DNA of 64,000 bases from an uncultured Desulfarculus sp. (GCA_963665125.2 CAXXUK010000002.1:896001-960000); one strand, 5' to 3'; shown: positions 9,821 through 20,086, numbered from the stretch's first letter. Notes: generated by a model not told the origin, from the letters alone. Translations and numbers: made by a program.

Positions 9821-10771
9821 TTACTTGATGAATTCCTGTGGATCGTCGGGACGATACACGCTCATCGGCGGCGTGGCCTTGATGTCCATGCCGGGAGTGT
9901 AGTTATACAACGCGCGGACGTCCTTCTCGATCTTGGAGGTCAGCAGGCGCATCTTGATGTCCATGGGACACGCCGATTCGCAGGCGCCGCAGTCGGTGCA
10001 GCGGCCCGCGCAGTGGAAGGCCCGCAGGATGTGGAACGTCTGCACGTCGGCGGTGTCCTGGGTCTTGCCGCACCACTGGGGCTTGGCCTCGTCCACGAAG
10101 CAGACGTGGCAATAGCACAGCGGGCAGGCGTCGCGGCAGGCATAGCAGCGGATGCAGTCGCTGAAGGTGTCGTTGAACTTGGCCCAGCGCTCGCCGGCCT
10201 CAAGCTCTTCCCACGGGGCGGCCATCTTGTCGATGTCGCCGCCGGCCGCGTCGTCGACCTTGTCGCAGACCAGGCCGTCGTCGATGACCGGGTTGCGGTG
10301 CTGGCAGGTGAAGCAGTTGTCCCGCAGCATCTGCTTGCGCTCCAACGTCTCCTCAAAACCCTTGCCCTTGACGATGAGCTTGTCGCCGTCCTCGATGGCC
10401 TCGAAGATGGGCTTAAAGTCCACCGCGGCTTCGACCTTGCGCTTGGATACCATGCCCAGGCAGGGCACGCCGATGACCTTGACGCGGTCGCGGTCCACCT
10501 GGTTTTCCTGGATCAGGCCGACGATGTTGCGGCTGACGCAACCCTGGGCCACCACGCCCACTTTGTCTTCGCGGCGGGGCATCAAGTTAGCCAGGTTGTT
10601 GCAGCAGAAGCCGGTCCATACCAGTTCGTCGGCCTCTTCGGGAGTATGGGCGACAAACGGCTGCTCACGCATGGCCACGGTGCCCTTGCGGTAGCCGATC
10701 ACCACGTCCACCGCGCCGTCGGCCAAAAGCTGCTTGGCCATCTCGCGGATTTTTTCAGTTCGCTGTTGCAT
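9821..10771 (-). CDS. flxC: FlxC-like 4Fe-4S protein
   Basis: CIRCYACRDACPLCYC and AGRCTDCGACESACP motifs. Confidence 0.85.
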   Translation of the reverse strand: MQQRTEKIREMAKQLLADGAVDVVIGYRKGTVAMREQPFVAHTPEEADELVWTGFCCNNLANLMPRREDKVGVVAQGCVSRNIVGLIQENQVDRDRVKVIGVPCLGMVSKRKVEAAVDFKPIFEAIEDGDKLIVKGKGFEETLERKQMLRDNCFTCQHRNPVIDDGLVCDKVDDAAGGDIDKMAAPWEELEAGERWAKFNDTFSDCIRCYACRDACPLCYCHVCFVDEAKPQWCGKTQDTADVQTFHILRAFHCAGRCTDCGACESACPMDIKMRLLTSKIEKDVRALYNYTPGMDIKATPPMSVYRPDDPQEFIK

Positions 10772-11241
10772 TAGGCCACCTCTTGCTCGTCGTCGGGCTC
10801 CGCGGCGCCTTCGGGGCTAATCTGTTTGATCATCTGGTTGGCCGGTCCCAGAGCCTTGACGGCATCGGTGACTGCCATGACCGTCTTCTGGAATTTTTCG
10901 GCCTCGGCGGACGAGATCCACGAAAAATGCAGACGACCAGGCTCAATACCAACATACTCCAGCAGGTTTTTCATGACGGCGAACCGCCGCCGGGCGAACA
11001 TGTTGCCAGCAATATAGTGGCAGTCGCCGGGATGTCAGCCGGAGACCCACACGCCGTCCACGCCCTGGCGGAAGGCCTGCAGGATGAACTTGGGACTCAT
11101 GCGGCCCGTGCATGGGATCCTGATAACCTGAATGCTCGGCGGGTACTGCAGACGGCTGACACCTGCCAGGTCCGCGGCGCCGTAGCTGCACCAGTTGCAC
11201 AGGAACGCAGCGATGCGCGGTTGGAACTGCTGTTCACTCAT
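10771..11241 (-). CDS. flxD: FlxD/MvhD-like iron-sulfur subunit, selenoprotein (156 aa, Sec69)
   Basis: [20 protein letters not shown], then SG-U-HPGDCHY through TGA 11037-11035 (equivalent to GCHPGDCHY); continues in frame into ORF 10771..11001. Confidence 0.9.
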
Positions 11242-11260
11242 TGGTCTTTTCCATCCATAT

Positions 11261-14200
11261 CTATAGTAAAGCCATTATCTGAGCCATAACGTCCTGGTTG
11301 GTGAAACCGCGCAGGTTTGGCGCGCCCGAGCGGCAAGATGCAACGCATGTGCCGCAGCCCTTGCATAGGGCCTCGTTCACCACGGCCAGGCCGTCTTCGT
11401 TTTGGTCGATAGCTTGGTAAGGACATATGGTCCAGCACACGCCGCAGCCCACGCACTTGGACAGCTCTATGTTGGCGACAGTGCCGGAAAGCTTCATCTG
11501 GGTGCTGCTGAGCACCGTGACGGCCCGGGCCACCGAGGCCTGGGCCTGGGCCACGGCCTCTTCAACGGGCTTGGGATAGTGGCAAAGGCCGGCCATGAAC
11601 ACGCCGTCGGTGGCGAAATCCACCGGCCGCAGCTTCTGGTGGGCCTCCAGGAACCAGCCGTCGTCGTCCATGGGCACCTTGAACATCTGGGCTAGATCGT
11701 TTTGCTTATGGCTGACGATGGCCGAAGCCAGGCAGAGAATGTCGGCGTCGATTTCCACCGGAATGCCCAGGATGTGGTCGGTCACGGTTACCTTGAGGCC
11801 GTCGCCCGCCTGCTCCACCACCGGCTTGTTGTCTACGTCGTAGCGCACGAACAACACGCCTTTTTCACGGGCCTCCTTGTAGAGGTATTCCCGTTCACCG
11901 AAGGTGCGCATGTCGCGGTAGATCACGGTGACGTTGCAATCGGGGTTCTTTTCCTTGAACAGCAGGGCGCTTTCCACCGAATGGGTGCAGCAGACCTTGG
12001 AACAGTAGGGACGCTCGGGCTCGCGAGAGCCGACGCAGTTGATGAACACCACGGAGCTGGTGGACGCCGGGTCCACGTCGCCGCTCATGATGGCCGCGTC
12101 CATCTCCAGGTGGGTCATCACCTTGGGGTGCTTGCCGTATTCGTATTCAGTGGGGCGGTATTCGCCCGCGCCGATGGCCAACACCACGATGCCGTGTTCA
12201 ATGGTTTCGTCGGAGTCGGTAAGCGTGGTCTTGAAGTTGCCCACGAAACCGTCGACCTGCTTGATCATCGCGCCCAGGTGCACGTGGACCAGGGGGTTGT
12301 CCTGGACCTTTTGGGCCAGCTTTTGCAGGTGCTGGCCGATGTCCTCGCCCTTGGCCGTGGTCCGCAGCATGCGGGCGTTGCCGCCCAACTGGTTGTCGCG
12401 CTCGACGAGGTGGGTCTCATACCCCTGCTTGGCCAATTCCAGGGCGGCGTTCATGCCCGAGATGCCGCCGCCGACGACCATGGCCTTGGAATTGACGCCA
12501 AGGACGACTTCCTCCAGGGGCTGCAACAGGCTGGCCTTGGCCACGGCCATGCGCACGGCGTCCTTGGCCTTTTGGGTGGCCGCCGCGGGATCGTCGGAGT
12601 GGACCCAGGAGTCCTGGTTGCGGATGTTGGCCATCTCGAACAGGTACTTGTTCAGGCCGGCGGCCTGGAGGGTCTCCTGGAACAAGGGCTCGTGGGTGCG
12701 CGGCGTACACGCGGCGACCACGACCCTGGTCAGGCCCTGCTCCTTGATCACCTCGGCCATGGTGTCCTGGGTGTCCTGGGAACAGGTGAACAGGTTGTTG
12801 CCCACGTAAACCACGCCGGGCAAAGTCTTGGCGTATTCGGCAACGGCCTGCACATCGACCACGCCGGCGATGTTGATGCCGCAGGAGCAGACGAAAACAC
12901 CCACTCTGGGCGGTTCGCCGTTAACGTCGATCTGTTGGGGAATTTCGACTTCCCGGACCAGGGTGCCCCTGGCCGAGGAGAGGTTGCCCGCGGCCGCGCA
13001 GGCCGCCGCCGAGGCCTCCATCACCGAGGTGGGGATGTCCTTGGGACCGGCCAGGGCGCCGCAGACATAGATGCCGGGCACGCTGCTTGCCACCGGGCTG
13101 AAGTCGCTGGTGCTGACAAAGTTGCCGGCAGTCAGCTCCATGCCCAGGTCATGGCAAAGATCGACGACCTCGGGGGCGGTTTCCAGACCGTGGCTGAGCA
13201 CGACCATGTCGTACTCTTCCCTGAGGATGTGGCCGTCTTCGGTGACGTACTCAATGGCCAGGGACTTGTCGGGCAGTTCGCTGATGGAGTGAACGCGGCT
13301 GCGGATGAAGCGGATGCCCATGCCCTTGGCGTTTTCCAGATAGCGCTCGAAGTCCTTGCCCGTGGTGCGCATGTCCATATAGAAGATGTCGCAGTCCAGG
13401 TCGTCGTGACTGTGCTCCTTGGAGATGATCGCCGCCTTGATGGCGTACATGCAGCACACTGAAGAACAATATGCATGGTCGCAGGTGTTGACGTCGCGGC
13501 TGCCCACGCATTGCAGCCAGGCCACCCGCTTGGGTTCGCGTTCGTCGCTGGGCCGCACCAAATGGCCCATCCAGGGGCCGCTGGCTGCCAGGATGCGTTC
13601 GTACTCCAGGGCGGTGACCACGTTGTCAAAGCTGCTGTAGCAGTACTGGATGTACGGCGAGGGATCAAAGGGCTTGAAGCCAGCGGCGATGATCACCGAC
13701 CCGACCTTGACCTCCTGGATCTGTTCCTTTTGCTCGAAATCAACCGCGCCGGCCGGACAGAATTTCTGGCAGGCTTTGCATTTTCCCTTTTGCAGGAAAA
13801 GGCAGTTGTCTTCGTCAATGGCGTACTTCAGGGGGACGGCCTGGGCATATTGCACATGGGCGGCCTTGCGCTTGTTCAGGCCCATGTTGTACTCGTTATC
13901 CACCTTTTTGGGACATTTGTCCGAGCAGGCGCCGCAGGCGATGCACTTGTTGATGTCGATGTATCTGGGGTGAGAGGCGACGCTTACGGTGAAATCTCCG
14001 CTAACGCCGGATATTTTTTGAACTTCGGAAAGGGTAAGAAGCTCAATGTTGATGTGCCGGCCGACCTCGACCAGTTTGGGTGAGATGATTCACATTGCGC
14101 AGTCGTTGGTCGGGAAGGTCTTGTCCAACTGGGACATGACTCCGCCGATCGCCGATGATTTTTCAACCAAGTAAACATAATAACCGCTGTTGGCAAGATC

Positions 14201-14275
14201 CAACGCGGACTGCATGCCGGCAATTCCTCCGCCGACAACCATCACCGCACCGGTGACTCTATTTGCTCCCGCCAT
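11261..14275 (-). CDS. hdrA: Heterodisulfide reductase subunit A-like (long, duplicated FAD-module type), selenoprotein (1004 aa, Sec62)
   Basis: [25 protein letters not shown] through TGA 14092-14090; I translated 14089-13901 without a stop into ORF 11261..13903; QCVGSRD, CSSVCC, second GGGISG and C-terminal ferredoxin motifs. Confidence 0.9.
14057..14074 (-). promoter_or_regulatory. Candidate bacterial SECIS hairpin
   Basis: CTGGTCG-AGGT-CGGCCGG at +16..+33 after the TGA. Confidence 0.55.
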
Positions 14276-14350
14276 ACTTAAAACCTCGCATTTCAAGGCC
14301 TTTTAAAAGATTTCCGCTTCAATTAGAGGTTGAACTTGACAGAGGGTGGC

Positions 14351-14368
14351 TTGTATACCTCTTCACAA
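14351..14368. promoter_or_regulatory. Rex-like operator upstream of hdrA
   Basis: TTGTATACCTCTTCACAA versus Rex consensus TTGTGAA-N4-TTCACAA; one perfect half-site. Confidence 0.45.
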
Positions 14369-14376
14369 GTTCATCA

Positions 14377-14405
14377 TTTTTAAACCACTGCAATATGTAT
14401 GTCAA
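14377..14405 (-). promoter_or_regulatory. Putative sigma70 promoter of hdrA-flx
   Basis: TTGACA-N17-TAAAAA on the minus strand. Confidence 0.45.
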
Positions 14406-14447
14406 GACCACCATTGTATACCAGCATTTAACTATGAATGCCAGAAA

Positions 14448-15008
14448 TCAGGGGGTCTTGAGGCGAATCACCTTGTCTTTCTGGGGGTTATCGCCACTCA
14501 ATAAAACATCGATAGTTTCACCCACGGTGCATTGAATTTTTGCGCCGATATAGTCCGGTTGGATCGGCAATTCCCTGCCGCCGCGGTCTATCAGCGCCGC
14601 CAGCATGACCCTGCGCGGCCTGCCGAAATCCATCAATTCATCCAGAGCCGCGCGCACCGTGCGCCCGGTGAAAAGCACGTCGTCCACCAGGATTATGTGG
14701 CGGTTATCCACGGCAAAGGGTATCTCGGTGCGCATTATTACTGGGCGCTGGGTCCGCATGGTCCAGTCGTCGCGGTATAGTGTGATGTCGATGGCCCCCA
14801 ACAGCGGCGTTTTGCCGGTGTTGCGGGCCAGCGTTTGGGTCAGACGCGTGGCGATTTCCTCGCCCCCCCGGCGGATGGCCACCAGGCATATCTCTTCGGC
14901 AGGGCCGTCAGCCTGGATGGACTTGGCCATTTGTTCAAGCATTTGCCCGATATTGGCCGCGTCATATATGGTTTGGGGGGGGCTGGGGCTCATCGCCGCT
15001 CCGATCAT
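14448..15008 (-). CDS. pyrR: Bifunctional pyr regulator / uracil phosphoribosyltransferase
   Basis: IDITLYRDD, ILVDDVLFTGRTVRAALD, DRGGRELPIQPDY; exact start uncertain (14993 possible). Confidence 0.9.
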   Translation of the reverse strand: MIGAAMSPSPPQTIYDAANIGQMLEQMAKSIQADGPAEEICLVAIRRGGEEIATRLTQTLARNTGKTPLLGAIDITLYRDDWTMRTQRPVIMRTEIPFAVDNRHIILVDDVLFTGRTVRAALDELMDFGRPRRVMLAALIDRGGRELPIQPDYIGAKIQCTVGETIDVLLSGDNPQKDKVIRLKTP

Positions 15009-15145
15009 CAGCAGAACCGATCAATACCCAAGGCATTCTAGCAAAATGTTTGATCGAACGCCACGAAATGAATCATTATTCATTTGTCTTTTTTTAGACA
15101 GGCCCTTGACCGGCGGCTGCGAGCGCACTATAAATGTAGCGCTAA

Positions 15146-15233
15146 GCCGGAGTGGCGGAATTGGTAGACGCAGGGGACTCAAAATCCCCCGCTCCTTGAG
15201 GGCTTGTGGGTTCGAGTCCCACCTCCGGTACCA
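15146..15233 (+). tRNA. tRNA-Leu (CAA)
   Basis: GCCGGAG acceptor, GGGGA-CTCAAAA-TCCCC anticodon arm, long variable arm, GTTCGAGT, encoded CCA. Confidence 0.95.
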
Positions 15234-15257
15234 AATAAAAACAAGCAATTAGCTGGA

Positions 15258-15289
15258 TGGCTGTACCTTTGTGTACGGCCAGTGTTTTT
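15258..15289 (+). terminator. Hairpin/terminator after tRNA-Leu
   Basis: TGGCTGTAC-CTTTGT-GTACGGCCA followed by GTGTTTTT. Confidence 0.55.
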
Positions 15290-15345
15290 GGGGGGAGGCG
15301 GGGGGGAGCGAATGGGGTTATTTCAAACGTCCGCCTCTGGTCAAA

Positions 15346-15523
15346 TTATTCGCCAAGATAATCATGGTTGTCATGATCCGAGCCGTCCGTTAGCAGCTTA
15401 ATTATGTATTCGTTCAGGCTGAGTCCCAGCGCGGCGTGCTTGGTTTTTCAGATGCATGTGGACAGCCAGAGGCACCTTGCGCACAATGATGTCCTGATAT
15501 GTCGATTCGTGGATGCTGACCAT
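15346..15523 (-). pseudogene. Frameshifted ribbon-helix-helix (Arc/FitA-like) DNA-binding protein
   Basis: GAGGTG RBS, MVSIHESTYQDIIVRKVPLAVHMHLKNQARRAG; removing one base near 15424-15427 continues LSLNEYIIKLLTDG...GE*. Confidence 0.6.
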
Positions 15524-15894
15524 CTCATCACCTCTTCAACCATAAACCCACCTGCCCTAATGACAGCCCTATTGCCTTGGTGATAGTGACATAAAAGTGG
15601 CACATATAATGTGACGATCCAGCGAACAGAGCTATTACTTTGGCCATATATTGGCAGAGACAGACTGTATTTCGCATCCAGGACAGTCGGATAGTGTCAC
15701 ATCATGTGCCAATTTTTGTCATAACGCGATGATTATGCATTTATTGCAGGTAAGGATAGGAAGCTAGGCTAGCCTGAGGGTTACTTGTAGCCGAAGAGTT
15801 TCCTTCGGGGCGTGTGCCTTGAACATTCGTAGAGCAATTGTAAGCTTGTCTAATTAAGCACCTGTAACACGAATGTTTTTCATGTGCTGCACAA

Positions 15895-16665
15895 TCAAAC
15901 AAAAAACGCTCTTAGCTGCGCCGCAGCCAATTCGCGGAGAAATGCATGGTCTGGGCTAGTGAAAAGATCTTTTGAGGGACCATGGGCAACCACCGTGCCA
16001 TCGACCATGATTACCGTAGTCGGGCACAGTTTTTCAAGCACGCTTAGGTCATGGCTAATCACCAGCAAGGCGATGCCCCTCTCGCGGCGCAGGCTGTCCA
16101 GCAGACCGCAGATCTGTTTTTTACCCACCGGATCCAGACTGGCCATGGCCTCATCGCAAATAAGCAGCCTTGGCTCCAAGGCCAAGGCCCTGGCGATAGC
16201 CGCCCGCTGACATTGCCCTCCACTCAGTTCGCCGGGTCTGTGACCACCCAATTCGGCATCCAACCCCACATCAGCCAGCAGGCGCAAAGCCCGGTCGCCT
16301 GCCTGCCGCGGCGGGCATATATTGAACGCCACTAGTGGTTCGGCTACTTGTTCTGACACGCTCATGAAAGGGTTAAGCATGGTGCGGGGGTCTTGCCAGA
16401 TGATCTGTATCTCACGCAACAGCTGCCGCCGGGCAGTCTTGCCCAATCGGGCGGTGTTCCGGCCATTGATGACGATGCGCCCTGCCTCAGGCCGTTCCAG
16501 GCCCAGCAGCAGGTTGGCCAAAGTGGATTTGCCCACCCCACTGGGACCGGTGAGCCCCATGGCTTGCCCCGGTGCTATCTCCAAATCCACGCCGCGCAGT
16601 ACCTTTGGGCCATCTTTGCCATAGGCCTTGCGCACCCCCTCAAGCCGGACCAGCGACTCAGCCAA
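15895..16665 (-). CDS. Ni/peptide ABC transporter ATP-binding protein (NikE/OppF-like)
   Basis: GPSGVGKS, LSGGQCQR, ICDE, ISHDL. Confidence 0.9.
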   Translation of the reverse strand: MAESLVRLEGVRKAYGKDGPKVLRGVDLEIAPGQAMGLTGPSGVGKSTLANLLLGLERPEAGRIVINGRNTARLGKTARRQLLREIQIIWQDPRTMLNPFMSVSEQVAEPLVAFNICPPRQAGDRALRLLADVGLDAELGGHRPGELSGGQCQRAAIARALALEPRLLICDEAMASLDPVGKKQICGLLDSLRRERGIALLVISHDLSVLEKLCPTTVIMVDGTVVAHGPSKDLFTSPDHAFLRELAAAQLRAFFV

Positions 16666-17410
16666 TTGCCGCCTCCAACAATCGCCGGGTCACCCGATGG
16701 GCAGGCCGCAGGAAAACTTCTCGGCTGGGGCCGTGCTCCACTACCCGTCCGGCATCCAGCACGGCGATTCTTTGAGCCAGCGCGGCCACTACCTTAAAAT
16801 CATGGCCGATGAAAATCATCGACCCACCTGTGCGCCGGGGCAGTTCGGCCAGTTCTTTGAGAATAGCCGCCTGGGTGATGGCGTCGAGGCCGGTGGTCGG
16901 TTCGTCGGCGATGAGTAGGCGCGGCCGCAGGGCCAAGGCCATGGCGATCTGCACCCGCTGGCGCATGCCGCCACTGAGCTGGCTGGGATAGGCGCGCAGA
17001 ACTTGCGTTTTCAGGCCGACGCCGGCCAGAAGTTCCGCCGCTTTGGCTCGGCGCTCACTGTGGTTTTTCGAATCGATTAGCTCACCGAGTTGCCCCTGGA
17101 TGCGCATGGTCGGATCCAAAGCCGCGGCAGCGCTCTGCATGATCATGAACACGCCTTGGCCCCTCGCCTTGGCCATGCCACGGTCGTCAGCCAAATTGAA
17201 GGATTGAGCGCCCAGCCGCAGCGTGCCCGACACGGTTTTGGCCGGTGGCGGGGTCAACCCGGCCAAGGCCGAGGCGACCAGTGTCTTGCCCGCGCCGGAA
17301 GAGCCCACCAGGCCCAGGATCATGCCGTCGTCAACCCCAAGGCTCACGCCCCTGATCAGCATGCCTACCGGTCCGGCCACGCCAAGGTTATGCACCGCCG
17401 CGCCGTTCAT
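16658..17410 (-). CDS. Ni/peptide ABC transporter ATP-binding protein (NikD/OppD-like)
   Basis: GSSGAGKT, YPSQLSGGMRQR, IADEPTT; start ATG 17410 overlaps the permease stop (ATGA). Confidence 0.9.
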   Translation of the reverse strand: MNGAAVHNLGVAGPVGMLIRGVSLGVDDGMILGLVGSSGAGKTLVASALAGLTPPPAKTVSGTLRLGAQSFNLADDRGMAKARGQGVFMIMQSAAAALDPTMRIQGQLGELIDSKNHSERRAKAAELLAGVGLKTQVLRAYPSQLSGGMRQRVQIAMALALRPRLLIADEPTTGLDAITQAAILKELAELPRRTGGSMIFIGHDFKVVAALAQRIAVLDAGRVVEHGPSREVFLRPAHRVTRRLLEAAIG

Positions 17411-18234
17411 GGCTGCACCTCGGCATCCTGGGTTAAATCCATGGCGTCGCGCAGGCCCTCGGCCAACATGTTGCAGGCCAGCACGGTGAGGCTCACGGCC
17501 AAGCCGGGGGCCAGCATAAGCCACGGCGCCCTGGTCATGTAGAGCCGCGATTCTTGGAGCATGGCCCCCCACTCCGGCGTTGGCGGCTGGGCTCCCAGGC
17601 CCAGATAACTCAGGCCCGAAATGGCGATGATCATCCAACCCGTCTTCAGAGAGGCGGCCACCAGCACCGGCGGTGTAAGCTGGGGCAGGATGTAGCGCCG
17701 CAACAGGGCCGGGCCGCGCACGCCCACCACCCGTCCGGCCCGGACAAAGCCCCGGCTGCGGGCCGAGGCCGTCAGTCCCCGCACAAAGCGGGCCCACCAG
17801 GCCCAGCCCGCAGCCGCAGCGCCCAGGCAAACGCTCCATAACGACGGGCCCATGACGCCGGTTATGACCAGGGCCAGGATCAGCCCCGGAAAGGCCAGGG
17901 CCATGTCCACCAACCGCATGGTCAAGGACTCGGTGCGCGGTCCGGACATGCCCGCCAGCAGCCCCAGGCAGGCACCGGCCACCAGGGCCAGGGCCGAGGC
18001 GGCCATGGCCGCGCCCAGGGAATAGCGTGCGCCGACCAATAGGCGCGAGGCCTGGCAGCGGCCCAGCCGGTCGGTGCCCAGGGGATACTCCAGGCTTGGG
18101 GCTTCCAGGCGGTGGCTCAAATTCGTCCGCAAGGGGTCATGGGGCGAGATCAACGGCCCCAGCATGGCCAATAGCGCCATCAGCGCCAGCATGGCGGCCC
18201 CGGTCTTGGCCGATTTGCCCATGCCCCGACTCAT
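17407..18234 (-). CDS. ABC permease (NikC/OppC-like)
   Basis: PLGTDRLGR, LSYLGLGAQPPTPEWGAML. Confidence 0.9.
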   Translation of the reverse strand: MSRGMGKSAKTGAAMLALMALLAMLGPLISPHDPLRTNLSHRLEAPSLEYPLGTDRLGRCQASRLLVGARYSLGAAMAASALALVAGACLGLLAGMSGPRTESLTMRLVDMALAFPGLILALVITGVMGPSLWSVCLGAAAAGWAWWARFVRGLTASARSRGFVRAGRVVGVRGPALLRRYILPQLTPPVLVAASLKTGWMIIAISGLSYLGLGAQPPTPEWGAMLQESRLYMTRAPWLMLAPGLAVSLTVLACNMLAEGLRDAMDLTQDAEVQP

Positions 18235-19196
18235 GATTCAAGGCTCCGCCGGGCGTCTTCCCGGGCAATGCGCGGGTCCAAACGCCTTTGCAGCAGATCC
18301 ACCAGCAGGTTGGCGGTAATGAAGATCAGGGCCATCAGCAGGACCACGGCCTGCAACACAGGCACGTTGCGCTGCTGGATGGACTGGGCGGCCAGCTGGC
18401 CCAGGCCGGGCCAGGCGAAGACCGTCTCGACGATCACCGAACCGCCCAGCATGTGACCCAGAGTCAGGCCCCACATGGTGATCACCGGCAGCATGGCGTT
18501 TTTCAGGACATGCCGCCGCATGATTCGCCAGGGCCCCAGGCCCTTGCCCCTGGCGAACCTGATGAAGTCCCGTCCCTGGATGTCGATGATCGACGAGCGC
18601 AGCACCCGGCCCTGCATGGCGGCAACGCCCAGGCCCATGGTGATTGCCGGAAGCACCAGATGCTCTGGGCCGCCCATGCCCATCACCGGCAAAATCCGCA
18701 GATGCAGGGCGAAGACCCACAACAACAACAGGCCCAGCCAATAGTTGGGCAGAGACATGCTCAGGATGGTCCCGGCCCGGATCAACCGGTCGGGAAAGCG
18801 CTCCCGGAAGGCCGCGCCGATGACCCCCGCCGCCAGGGAGGCAAAAAATAAAAAGACAAATGAAGCCGCGGCCAACTGCATGGTGGCCCAAAAACGGGGA
18901 GTGATTTCATCGATCACCGGCTGGCCGGTGGTGTAGGAAGTGCCCAGGTCAAGGCTAAGGGTGCGGCCGAGCCAACTCAGATATTGCATCCACAGGGGGT
19001 CGTCGAGCCCCATCTGGTGGCGCAGGGCGGCCACCTGAGCCGGGTCCGGGGCCTGGTGGCGCTGTTGCAGCAGCATCTCGGCCGGATCTCCGGGGGCCAT
19101 CCAGCTCAGGCAAAAGGTGATTATCGAAACGCCAAGCAGGCTGAAGGCGTAGCCCAACAGGCGGCCGGCCAGCCCGCTCCCGGTTATGCCGGGCAT
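18231..19196 (-). CDS. ABC permease (NikB/OppB-like)
   Basis: APGDPAE, GLDDPLWMQY, VIVETVFAWPGLG; ATG 19196 overlaps the upstream TGA. Confidence 0.9.
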   Translation of the reverse strand: MPGITGSGLAGRLLGYAFSLLGVSIITFCLSWMAPGDPAEMLLQQRHQAPDPAQVAALRHQMGLDDPLWMQYLSWLGRTLSLDLGTSYTTGQPVIDEITPRFWATMQLAAASFVFLFFASLAAGVIGAAFRERFPDRLIRAGTILSMSLPNYWLGLLLLWVFALHLRILPVMGMGGPEHLVLPAITMGLGVAAMQGRVLRSSIIDIQGRDFIRFARGKGLGPWRIMRRHVLKNAMLPVITMWGLTLGHMLGGSVIVETVFAWPGLGQLAAQSIQQRNVPVLQAVVLLMALIFITANLLVDLLQRRLDPRIAREDARRSLES

Positions 19197-20086
19197 CAGC
19201 CTTTTTCCGGGGCGGCCCAATATACGATAGCCAGTTCGTGGCTGCTCCGGCTGGTTACCTGGCCGTTTTCAACATGGCGTTGCAATATCGTCTCGATCCG
19301 TTTGGATATTTCGGGGCCCTTTTTCCCGAAGATGGCAAAATAGCTGCGGTAAAACCGGGCCACCCGCTCAAAAGGAACCTGAAAAAGTTCATCCCATTGT
19401 AATTGGCGCAGGCTGGGTTGTCTATCGGTAGAAAGCAGCCAGTTCACGGCGCAGGACAGATGGTGGCCGCCCTTGGGGAACGGTTCGTCCAGGATATCTT
19501 CCCAAAGCTCCCGGCGGAACCGGTGGCCGTCGCCTCCGGCGCCCAGGACCAGGGCGCATTGCCCCGCGCTCCAGCGCTCCATGCGCTGTAAGCCATCCGG
19601 CGTCAGGGCCGGCGGAAAGCAGCCGGCCAGAACGAGGTCAAAGCCATGGCCCGGCTGAATGTCGCGCCAATCGCTGCGCACGGCCTCAATCTCCGCGACG
19701 CCGACTTGGGCCGCGTTGGCCGCCAGGGCCTCCAGCATACCCGCCGAGTTGTCCACGGCCAAAACACGCATGCCCCTTTGGGCCAGGGGTATGGCCGTGG
19801 TGCCCGGCCCGCAGCCGATATCCAATACGCGGGAGCCCGGAAAAATGATTTCCTGGCTCAGCAGATGATCGGCCACCCGTTGGCCCAAATCGCCGTCGCG
19901 GCCCCACATCTCCAGATAAATGCCGCTGACCTCATCGTAAAAATTATCCCAGGCCTCGGGGCTGACCTCTTGAGTGTTCTTCAGGAATGAATCCTTGTTG
20001 CCCTGGTTCCAGGCATCTTCCCAATATTGCGGGTCGTGGGGCCCCTGTTCGGGGATCAAGTTTCGGGTCTTGGCCGGTTGATTCAC
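19196..20086 (-). CDS. Class I SAM-dependent methyltransferase
   Basis: VLDIGCGPG, VDNSAGML, FDLV; start/stop overlaps with both ABC neighbours. Confidence 0.85.
   Translation of the reverse strand: MNQPAKTRNLIPEQGPHDPQYWEDAWNQGNKDSFLKNTQEVSPEAWDNFYDEVSGIYLEMWGRDGDLGQRVADHLLSQEIIFPGSRVLDIGCGPGTTAIPLAQRGMRVLAVDNSAGMLEALAANAAQVGVAEIEAVRSDWRDIQPGHGFDLVLAGCFPPALTPDGLQRMERWSAGQCALVLGAGGDGHRFRRELWEDILDEPFPKGGHHLSCAVNWLLSTDRQPSLRQLQWDELFQVPFERVARFYRSYFAIFGKKGPEISKRIETILQRHVENGQVTSRSSHELAIVYWAAPEKG

Noticed and set aside
8238..13462. Long plus-strand ORFs antisense to flx/hdrA (518, 328, 586 aa)
   Set aside because: Shadow frames of GC-rich genes with no motifs. The same applies to 21733..23340, 25140..27488, 37978..39450, 46971..48929 and 51274..54108.
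6487..14296. Treating the split hdrA, flxD and CCG ORFs as pseudogenes or separate genes
   Set aside because: Each break is one in-frame TGA at a Cys-equivalent position with intact downstream coding.
15598..15612. Sigma54 promoters at TGGCAC/TGGCAT (also near 36635)
   Set aside because: No GC at the required -12 spacing.
17411..17839. N-terminal extension of the 393-aa ABC ATPase ORF
   Set aside because: Overlaps the permease; the real start is ATG 17410. Similar over-extended starts were trimmed for the genes ending at 5211, 31576, 32750 and 37987 and for rplK, rpsJ, rpsC and rpmC.
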